Below, piece by piece: positions 25,461-31,981 of a stretch of DNA of 31,981 nucleotides. Under the pieces are notes generated by a model. It was not told where the DNA came from and did no database searches. It saw nothing but the letters and a program-made list of their open reading frames with translations. Source of the stretch: a virus (taxonomy: Duplodnaviria; Caudoviricetes); the IMG/VR virus record IMGVR_UViG_3300017650_000022, positions 1 through 31,981 of that record; one strand, 5' to 3'. The position numbers were made by a program, and so were the translations under genes. Every line of letters begins with the position of its first letter. Positions within the stretch are counted from its first letter, which is position 1.

Positions 25461-26636
25461 TTAAATTAAAAGTGTAAGTCCTTGTGGTGTTTTTACCCTG
25501 CTCAGAGCAACATACATTTGTCCAGGGGAGAAGCAGGGCCTGCGTAGATCGATCGTAACGCAATCAAACGTAAGCCCTTGGCTTTTGTGGATTGTTAGCG
25601 CATAAGCAAGTTTTATTGGATATTGTTCAATACTTCCGATCTCCCTTAATTCGAGTTTGTCCTCCCGCTCGTTGTATACGTACTCTTTTTTTGAAAATTT
25701 TACCTTTTCTAGAGCGAAATCGGTCTCGTTTACTCGTATATAATAGCATCCTTCGTGAGCGACAAACGTGCCCATAGTTCCGTTAAAAAGAGGATTATCC
25801 TTGCTGTTAACGAGATACATTATTTTTGCCCCATTTTTCACTAAAATCTCGGTTTCCAAGTTGAAATCATCGGCCTTTAGGTTTCCTTCAACTGTAGCTG
25901 TGAAAATGTATTCTTCGGTCTTAAGACCTTGCAGCCCTTCAACATTGTATTTCTGTACCGTTGCGTTGTGAGGAGCTAAGATTACTCCCGATGGAACCTG
26001 TTTTACGAACTGTTTAAAATAAGGGCTTTTACGTCCTTCCCTAACTTCGTTTAGGGCGGTTATGAATTCCGGATCCGATTGGCGTAATACTTCGTCAAGC
26101 TCAATTGTTTCAACATTTAGCTTACTGTAAACTTGTGCTTCGTAAAATTCGACCCCGTTATATGTTTGGTACAACACGGATCTTGTGTTATCGTTAACAG
26201 GAGAGGGTAATTGTTTTAGGTCCCCAATAAATATAATCTGTTTGCTTGAAAGCGGGGAACATCCGTTTTTGACAAGTGTCCAGTTCATACCATCCAGTAG
26301 ATCGGGGCGCAACATGGACACTTCGTCGATGAAAATAGTATCTATTGCATCCAACAAACGGCGTTTCTTGCCTTTAAGAAAATTACATTCCTTGAAAGTC
26401 GCCACACCGAAAGGGTTCAGACTGAACATGGAGTGGATGGTTTGGCCTCCTATGTTGTTAGCGGCAATGCCAGTGGGCGCTAACGCGACTACACGTTTCC
26501 CTTTCTTCTTCATCTCGGTAATAGCCTCTTTCACGACATGCGACTTACCCGTTCCGGCTTTTCCTGTTAGGAAAACGTTCTTGCCTTCCAATACCTGATC
26601 AAGGAAGTGTTGTTGTTTGTTGGATAGGGTTATCAT
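25461..26636 (-). CDS. Pif1-like SF1B DNA helicase
   Basis: GKAGTGKS, LAPTGIAA, IDEVSM, GDLKQL, LRQSD, AYALTIHKSQGLT, YVALSR. Confidence 0.93.
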   Translation of the reverse strand: MITLSNKQQHFLDQVLEGKNVFLTGKAGTGKSHVVKEAITEMKKKGKRVVALAPTGIAANNIGGQTIHSMFSLNPFGVATFKECNFLKGKKRRLLDAIDTIFIDEVSMLRPDLLDGMNWTLVKNGCSPLSSKQIIFIGDLKQLPSPVNDNTRSVLYQTYNGVEFYEAQVYSKLNVETIELDEVLRQSDPEFITALNEVREGRKSPYFKQFVKQVPSGVILAPHNATVQKYNVEGLQGLKTEEYIFTATVEGNLKADDFNLETEILVKNGAKIMYLVNSKDNPLFNGTMGTFVAHEGCYYIRVNETDFALEKVKFSKKEYVYNEREDKLELREIGSIEQYPIKLAYALTIHKSQGLTFDCVTIDLRRPCFSPGQMYVALSRVKTPQGLTLLI

Positions 26637-27775
26637 TTTCTAACAGCTTTGGTTTTATAAACTTCCTCGTATTTTATTGCGCTTGATTCAATGAATAAGC
26701 CTTCCTTAGCTTTTTTCTCAGCAAATGATTTCATTTGATCCATTTTTAACTTGCCTAATTCCTGCTCTGGAGAATGAGTAAAGAAGAACTTGAATATTTC
26801 GGCCCATCCGTCCCTTCGGGTAATGGTGATTGAATATGAATCCACCTTTACTGGTTTCGGAGCCAAAAGGCTTCTGTTTGCCTGATTAAGTTGAGTATCA
26901 ATTAAAGCATCTGCAATTTGCTTTTCCATAGCCTCCTCTGCTGCCTTGTCGGCCAGCGCTTTAGCGTCAATGGCGTCTTGCTCCTGCTTTGCTCGCAATT
27001 CTTCTGCTGCCTTACTGGCCTCTCCAGCCTCTATTTCCTTGCGGCGATCAGGAATTAAGGAAAGCAAATGACCTGCATACGCTTCAATTTCACCTTTGTA
27101 ATGCGGCAATACCTTTTTATATTTTCCCTCCGTGGCTTTTGCCTTAATTTGGCATACCTCCTCAACGGAATGATGTGAAGCGTTTAAGGCGATTGTTATG
27201 CTGTTAAATCGCTTTTCTTCATAATCTTTAAAAGGTGGAGTAAGCAACTTTTCAACCTTATCAATCGTTTCTTTACCGGAATTCTCTATCGCGTACAGTA
27301 AGGCGTCTTTATCCTCGTTTAGATGTGCAGCATACCCTTTACGCAATTGCTCTTCAGCTGATGCAAGCAGCTCAATACCTTCTCGCTTTTTGTCTAATTC
27401 TGCCTGCTCTTTCCTACGCAATTCTGCTTCTTCTTCAGCATACGCCTTGACACTTGCATTCCTCGCAACTTGCAGTGGACCTACAAGAGCCTTAAGCTCA
27501 TTCTCCTGTGCAGTGTACAGTTTTACTATTTCCTGCAACCGAGAGGTAAAGGGTTTTCTGGTCTCCTCCATAACTTTCAGGCATTTGTTGGCCGAGGCTA
27601 TAAAGTCGTTTGCTTCCTTATCAATTTCTGGCGAAAGCTTAACCCCTATCGTTGATATATTGCTTAATATCAGAGACTGTTTCTTGCTGTATTTGGCAAC
27701 ATATGATGTGTTGGTTTCCAGTACCCCCGCTGCACTTTGCAGCTCCTGGGGTTTAAATAATTCTATGTTTGACAT
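26633..27775 (-). CDS. Hypothetical coiled-coil protein of the recombination module
   Basis: 380 aa, helical, with an RKPFT motif. Confidence 0.75.
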   Translation of the reverse strand: MSNIELFKPQELQSAAGVLETNTSYVAKYSKKQSLILSNISTIGVKLSPEIDKEANDFIASANKCLKVMEETRKPFTSRLQEIVKLYTAQENELKALVGPLQVARNASVKAYAEEEAELRRKEQAELDKKREGIELLASAEEQLRKGYAAHLNEDKDALLYAIENSGKETIDKVEKLLTPPFKDYEEKRFNSITIALNASHHSVEEVCQIKAKATEGKYKKVLPHYKGEIEAYAGHLLSLIPDRRKEIEAGEASKAAEELRAKQEQDAIDAKALADKAAEEAMEKQIADALIDTQLNQANRSLLAPKPVKVDSYSITITRRDGWAEIFKFFFTHSPEQELGKLKMDQMKSFAEKKAKEGLFIESSAIKYEEVYKTKAVRK

Positions 27776-27777
27776 GA

Positions 27778-28842
27778 TTATATAGGTAGCGGTGCCGATG
27801 TGTAAACTTTAGGCTCTTGTTTTACCTGCGGTTTTTTTGGTTTTGGCTGATTAGGTGTCGAGCCGAATTTCCTGTTACAGAATTCTTCAATAGTTTCTTT
27901 ACCTAGAGCTGCAAGCAACGACTCTTGAGTACTAACCACTCCGCTGATGTTTAGATAAGTCTTGTTTTCAGCTTTGCTCGCGTATCTTACGTTTGCTAGA
28001 GCGAGTACAGCATCCACTTCCGCTTGGCATATATCTCCCGTCCAATCTTTAAGGTTGTACCCCGGATTGGTTATCCATTCTTTTGGAGACCAGTTAAAAG
28101 CTGAATCCAAAGGCATATCGGGAAAATTTTCTTCCCATAACTGACGCTCACATTCAATCTGGATTCCGTTTGAACGGTAGAAAGCATGACGACCGGATTT
28201 GAAGTTTATTATTGCCCTGATAGTTTTGGGAATCTTAACTTCCCTTGGCTGTCCTTTTCTAACCCCTGATTTATAAGGATCATCATAATCTAGCCCGTCA
28301 ACCATGGTTGTCATTTCGCATACTAGATCGATTAGGGTACCAAAGCCTTTTTCTGAAAGAAGAACATATTCAATTCCCAGAGGTTTAACCTGATAATCAA
28401 AGCTGAATTGGATGAAAGCAGCCATGTCCTGTTTCAACTTTTCACTCCAATCTGCACACTCGGGCTGCCAGTAGTTCTCTGTGGTTGTATATTCTTCTAC
28501 AACGCTGCCGCAAGAGTTAAAGTCATAAACCTGATCTTTAAGGAATCGGCCTACTTCAAAATGCATTAAGGTGCCGTAATGTTGGCTAAGCTTAAGTAGG
28601 CGGGATGCTTCCTGACGGCCATGCTTAATATACCAATCAAGCAAACCATCCTCCATGGGAGCACAAGAGTTGATAGCTGTTGTGAGTGAAGTGTATAGCC
28701 GTAAAGGAGTCTCAAGCGTTCCGTCTTCATTGATACGAATGTAGCTTCGGCCTCTACCAAAATTAACTCTTCCTACTTTATATGATGGTAGACGCAAGGC
28801 TTTGTCGTCAAACCATTCGGTTGAAACTTCTTGAACAGTCAT
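27778..28842 (-). CDS. PD-(D/E)XK-like exonuclease
   Basis: SLTT, GTLMH, E-Y-V-L, GTLIDLV, INFKSG...IQ (with N in place of D/E). Confidence 0.65.
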   Translation of the reverse strand: MTVQEVSTEWFDDKALRLPSYKVGRVNFGRGRSYIRINEDGTLETPLRLYTSLTTAINSCAPMEDGLLDWYIKHGRQEASRLLKLSQHYGTLMHFEVGRFLKDQVYDFNSCGSVVEEYTTTENYWQPECADWSEKLKQDMAAFIQFSFDYQVKPLGIEYVLLSEKGFGTLIDLVCEMTTMVDGLDYDDPYKSGVRKGQPREVKIPKTIRAIINFKSGRHAFYRSNGIQIECERQLWEENFPDMPLDSAFNWSPKEWITNPGYNLKDWTGDICQAEVDAVLALANVRYASKAENKTYLNISGVVSTQESLLAALGKETIEEFCNRKFGSTPNQPKPKKPQVKQEPKVYTSAPLPI

Positions 28843-29366
28843 TTTATATAACTCCTTTCTAGTTGAATTTTTGTTACTACGTTCTGTGATACCCCAAATA
28901 TTTTGGCTACTTTCCTTTGAGGCAATACACCCCTTATTTGTTGAGCCTGATTTTGATTTAACTTAGAATTATGGTGATTCTCTCCGGTTTTATGTACCAG
29001 CAATCCGGTATTTAAAGCGTGTCTTACGTTTTCGGACGAGGTGCACCATTCAAGATTATCCGCTGAATTGTTGGCTTTATTCCCGTCCTTATGGTTAACT
29101 ATTAAAAAACATTTGGGGTTAGGTAAGAAAGCCTCAGCTACAAGTCTATGAATTTTAATAGTTCTAAATTTCCCATCGACATTTAGTTGTGTTTGAGGAT
29201 AACCGTCGGTATGGTAGTTTATATTTAATACTTTTTCTTTCTTCCTCCTCGGATTACTTCCCGGATGTCCACATTTAACAAGTCGCTCTAATGATTTCAC
29301 CCTACCAATACTGCTAACTTTATAGATACCTTCATATCCAACAACGTCTCTCCAAATTTCCATCAA
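28839..29366 (-). CDS. NUMOD4-HNH homing endonuclease
   Basis: EIWRDVVGYEGIYKVSSIGRVKS; HRLVAEAF; VNHKDGNKANN...NLEW...EN. Confidence 0.92.
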   Translation of the reverse strand: MMEIWRDVVGYEGIYKVSSIGRVKSLERLVKCGHPGSNPRRKKEKVLNINYHTDGYPQTQLNVDGKFRTIKIHRLVAEAFLPNPKCFLIVNHKDGNKANNSADNLEWCTSSENVRHALNTGLLVHKTGENHHNSKLNQNQAQQIRGVLPQRKVAKIFGVSQNVVTKIQLERSYIK

Positions 29367-30100
29367 TGACCCTCCCCTATTTCTAAAGTTTTTGAAATTG
29401 CACCGCTTTCAATCATCCTTGTGGTAATTCTATTCAACTGACCGCCTGATTCTACATAAGCACGAACCGCTTCCATTGATTCCTCAGTAAAGTTTGGAAT
29501 AAGCGAAACCACTGGATAGGTGCGGGCTTCTCCGGGAGAATAGGATTTCTTCATTTCTATGTTCAAGTTGAATGGGAAACCTATAATCGTTCCAGCCTTT
29601 TCGCTGACAAGGTCAAACGATTTAACTATGCTCGGAATAGTCACTTCCTTGGCTTTAGTTTGATAAGTCCAATATCCTAAGATTCCTGTCATCTTTAGGA
29701 GTACGAATCTTAATGTAAGTGTACGCTCCCATTTTAACTTTTTAATGCGTGGGTCATTAGACTTTACGTCCGAAACATACTTCGAGCCGTCCCATATAGT
29801 AAATGTTTCGCCATCTCCATACCCGTACCTTTTGCCCTTTTCCCATGACTCAAACCTTTCATTGCAAACCTCATTCAAGTTGTCGCTGATAAACGCTACC
29901 TGTAAAGATTTTGGTTTTTCGCCAAATAGCTGCGTGAACTGATTTGCATAATTTCCGGTAGCCCGAAAATAGTCGATAGCTTTCGGGTATTCTACCCCCT
30001 TTGCAGACATAGCTTTTATGCCCGTCTTGATTTTACCGATTTCCGGCAGCGTGCTTGCGTTGCTTTGCGCCTTAGCTACCTTGATACGTCCTGTTTCCAT
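29363..30100 (-). CDS. Gp3-like / recombination-directionality-factor-like protein
   Basis: LPEIGKIKTG...YPKAIDYF N-terminal motif recalled from this family; adjacent to the exonuclease. Confidence 0.6.
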   Translation of the reverse strand: METGRIKVAKAQSNASTLPEIGKIKTGIKAMSAKGVEYPKAIDYFRATGNYANQFTQLFGEKPKSLQVAFISDNLNEVCNERFESWEKGKRYGYGDGETFTIWDGSKYVSDVKSNDPRIKKLKWERTLTLRFVLLKMTGILGYWTYQTKAKEVTIPSIVKSFDLVSEKAGTIIGFPFNLNIEMKKSYSPGEARTYPVVSLIPNFTEESMEAVRAYVESGGQLNRITTRMIESGAISKTLEIGEGH

Positions 30101-30189
30101 TTTATTTCTAACTTAATTTGATTAATTTCTTCTTTTACCTCAATCAGTTCCGATCTGATTGCAATAAGCTCATTCAATATTTTATCCAT
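30076..30189 (-). CDS. Small coiled-coil peptide, 37 aa (MDKILNELIAIRSELIEVKEEINQIKLEIKWKQDVSR)
   Basis: Read manually; heptad pattern, and it fills the gap. Confidence 0.5.
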   Translation of the reverse strand: MDKILNELIAIRSELIEVKEEINQIKLEIKWKQDVSR

Positions 30190-30374
30190 GATATTATCGC
30201 AATTATAAGTGAGCATATAGCTATTACAAGAAGTGTGGCATTCAACTCGCCCATGGCTTCCTTTCTGACCTGTCTCTTTGCCTCATTAGCGAGCCTGTCT
30301 AAATTTCTTTGAACCACATCCTTTTCCGTGATGTCATTGGTTGCATCTATAAATCTTTTCATAATTTTTACCAT
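30174..30374 (-). CDS. Small protein with a C-terminal TM anchor
   Basis: Hydrophobic LLVIAICSLIIAIISW tail. Confidence 0.65.
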   Translation of the reverse strand: MVKIMKRFIDATNDITEKDVVQRNLDRLANEAKRQVRKEAMGELNATLLVIAICSLIIAIISWIKY

Positions 30375-30445
30375 TGATAACTACGATAATACATGTCACA
30401 GAAGTCTTCTTCTTCTTCGATGATTTCTTCGATTTCCTCTTCCAT
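30368..30445 (-). CDS. Acidic 25-aa micropeptide (MEEEIEEIIEEEEDFCDMYYRSYQW)
   Basis: Read manually; starts 1 nt after the upstream stop. Confidence 0.45.
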   Translation of the reverse strand: MEEEIEEIIEEEEDFCDMYYRSYQW

Positions 30446-30446
30446 T

Positions 30447-30719
30447 TTACTTCCTCCCAACCTTAATTTCGGTTGCTGCGATAGTTTCTAGCTCAGCCCT
30501 ATCCAGTCGCCATTGCTTGTTCATTCCTTTCTGACGTTTTGTAATAACCTGCGAGGTGATCCATCTGTCAACATTGCTACGGCCGTAAATCCGGTTGGCC
30601 TCTTGCCGGGTAAGGTATGGCTTTATTACACCCACCTTACCCAGTGCTTTTGTTACGGCCAGTTCGGCCGCACTAGCCATGAGATCAAAGCATTCCTGCT
30701 TAGTAAAAACCTCTTTCAT
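30447..30719 (-). CDS. Excisionase-like winged HTH protein (start revised to 30719)
   Basis: YLTRQEANRIYGRSNVDRWI...WRLDRAEL pattern. Confidence 0.6.
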   Translation of the reverse strand: MKEVFTKQECFDLMASAAELAVTKALGKVGVIKPYLTRQEANRIYGRSNVDRWITSQVITKRQKGMNKQWRLDRAELETIAATEIKVGRK

Positions 30720-31006
30720 TTCTTCCTCCAAACCAAAGCGTGAGTACCGAATTTTTCCTTTGGAACCTTTGTCATTGACACACTTATATGCTTATTACTT
30801 TCTTTTTTGGTGTTAAAGTATTCTGAAGCATAAGACTTAGCGGAGTTAACCTTTTTGATTTCTATTAGAAATCCAGTCGGTTTTTTCTTGTTGGTGCTGA
30901 CAGGAAGGCTATCCATTTTTTCTACAAAATCTGCTTCCTGATTTTCGATTTCAACTTCTATGAGATCCATTGTTTTTATTTGATTATTCCTTCTTTTACT
31001 GCTCAT
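30716..31006 (-). CDS. Hypothetical early protein
   Basis: 96 aa with ATGA overlaps on both sides. Confidence 0.65.
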   Translation of the reverse strand: MSSKRRNNQIKTMDLIEVEIENQEADFVEKMDSLPVSTNKKKPTGFLIEIKKVNSAKSYASEYFNTKKESNKHISVSMTKVPKEKFGTHALVWRKK

Positions 31007-31185
31007 ATTGCAATACTCACTTTGCTATCCATTTGGAGTTTTGCTCTGATGTTCTGCATATGTCTGGCAATTGTATGTACCGATCTATGCATTTTGTGAG
31101 CTATTGCCTTATCAGGCATTGAGATGTAGGATACCACCTGAAGTTCTATCCTACTCAACTGCTGTCCGTTTTCATCTTGTCGCAT
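31003..31185 (-). CDS. Stand-alone LuxR/GerE-type HTH protein in the Cro position
   Basis: LSRIELQV...DKAIAHKMHRSVHTIARHMQNIRAKL. Confidence 0.8.
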   Translation of the reverse strand: MRQDENGQQLSRIELQVVSYISMPDKAIAHKMHRSVHTIARHMQNIRAKLQMDSKVSIAI

Positions 31186-31226
31186 TTTGGTATATATTTA
31201 GTATTTCTATTGTTACTATTTAGTAT

Positions 31227-31303
31227 TACCTTTGTCAATGTTTGGTATTGCAAATGTAATGGAAAAAATTCAATTGTTCCAAATATTTTTGGAACTTTTT
31301 CAA
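31227..31303. promoter_or_regulatory. Immunity switch region with two promoters and two putative CI operators
   Basis: Rightward -7 box TACCTTTG at 31227-31234; leftward -7 box TACATTTG at 31251-31258 with TTTG 21 nt upstream; TGGAA-N4-TTCAA at 31260-31273 and 31290-31303. Confidence 0.6.
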
Positions 31304-31310
31304 TAAAAAT

Positions 31311-31925
31311 ATGGAAGAAATTATTAATAAGTTGATAAACAGCAATTTAAAAACAGTTGAGAAGGATACGGGAATACCTTATGATAGAATGTATAAGTGG
31401 AAAAAAGGGAAAGGAAAACCAAAGACAGACGACTTAAATAAGTTGATAAAATATTTTAGCGGAACTAGTTCCATCAAAGAATTGGAAGAAAAAGGTATAT
31501 CGCCTTCATTGAACAGCGGAAAAAACGGCGTTCCGTATTACGATGTCGATTTTATAGGTGGTTTTGATTTGGTATTTAATAATCAAATTGTAGCGCCATC
31601 GTATTATATAGATTTTCTTCCGTTTAATGATTCTGACTGCTGGTTGAATGTGACGGGTAAATCTATGGGGCCACTGATAGCTCACGGAGATATTGTCGCT
31701 CTTAAGGAGTTAAAGGATTGGAAAAACTTTCTATTATTCGGAGAAATTTATGCTGTAGTCACACCAGAATATAGAACAATAAAAATATTAAGCAAAGGCG
31801 ACGATTCAAATCATTTCACCCTAATACCATACAATAAAAGCGACGAGTACAGTTCGCAACCGATACCCAAAGAAATCATAACCCATATTTTTAGAGTTAA
31901 AGGCGCTATTAAAAAATTCTTTTAA
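31311..31925 (+). CDS. CI-like repressor with an S24 autopeptidase domain
   Basis: N-terminal HTH, VPYYD, catalytic GKSM serine and TIK lysine; divergent from the early operon. Confidence 0.9.
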   Translation: MEEIINKLINSNLKTVEKDTGIPYDRMYKWKKGKGKPKTDDLNKLIKYFSGTSSIKELEEKGISPSLNSGKNGVPYYDVDFIGGFDLVFNNQIVAPSYYIDFLPFNDSDCWLNVTGKSMGPLIAHGDIVALKELKDWKNFLLFGEIYAVVTPEYRTIKILSKGDDSNHFTLIPYNKSDEYSSQPIPKEIITHIFRVKGAIKKFF

Positions 31926-31926
31926 A

Positions 31927-31981
31927 ATGAAATATTTAATTTTTATCTACATCGGTTTGCTACTTTCATGCTCTAATAAGC
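31927..31981 (+). CDS. Partial lipoprotein (MKYLIFIYIGLLLSCSNK...), truncated by the window end
   Basis: Signal peptide with an LLSC lipobox directly after cI. Confidence 0.55.
   Translation, partial: MKYLIFIYIGLLLSCSNK

Larger units (their letters stand above)
1..31981. mobile_element. Temperate siphovirus-like phage/prophage segment, probable Bacteroidota host
   Basis: Contiguous repressor, recombination, replication, terminase, portal, capsid, neck and tail genes. No integrase, att site or host gene in the window. Host inferred from TAnnTTTG promoter boxes and a BT4734-like primase. Confidence 0.95.

Noticed and set aside
27778-28842. Cas4 / CRISPR adaptation nuclease
   Set aside because: It lacks the four-cysteine Fe-S pattern and sits in a recombination context.
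28839-29366. HNH gene as part of an intron or intein
   Set aside because: It is free-standing, with ATGA overlaps to intact genes on both sides.
1478-30816. Plus-strand ORFs and nested minus-strand ORFs in the ORF track
   Set aside because: They lie antisense to, or inside, well-supported minus-strand genes and show no recognisable motifs.
1-31981. tRNA, integrase/att, reverse transcriptase (DGR/retron) or lysis genes
   Set aside because: No supporting motifs were seen by eye; tRNAscan and HMM searches were not run.

Overview
The window is an internal ~32 kb segment of a temperate, long-tailed (siphovirus-like) phage or prophage. Its host is inferred to be a Bacteroidota, from TAnnTTTG/TTTG promoter boxes and a BT4734-type primase. 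Almost all genes are on the minus strand. From right to left: a CI-like repressor and immunity switch; a recombination module; a replication module with three helicases and an iteron origin; VRR-NUC, terminase and portal; a ~5.5 kb island of about 18 small accessory genes splitting the head module; MuF, scaffold, decoration and capsid genes; neck and tail tube genes; then a glycosyltransferase-kinase-glycosyltransferase cassette translationally coupled into the tail-chaperone gene, which has a -1 frameshift. The best candidate for a new system is virion glycosylation. The cassette encodes three glycosyltransferase domains and a minimal kinase inside the tail operon, and the capsid and tail tube proteins both end in Pro-Thr-Thr using different codons. 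Two other unexplained structures stand out. One is a pair of sequence-unrelated 5' leaders with the same kissing-loop plus terminator architecture. The other is a six-copy TATATC-N5-GATATA operator that is absent from the CI switch. All product calls come from motif reading and gene order; no database searches were run.
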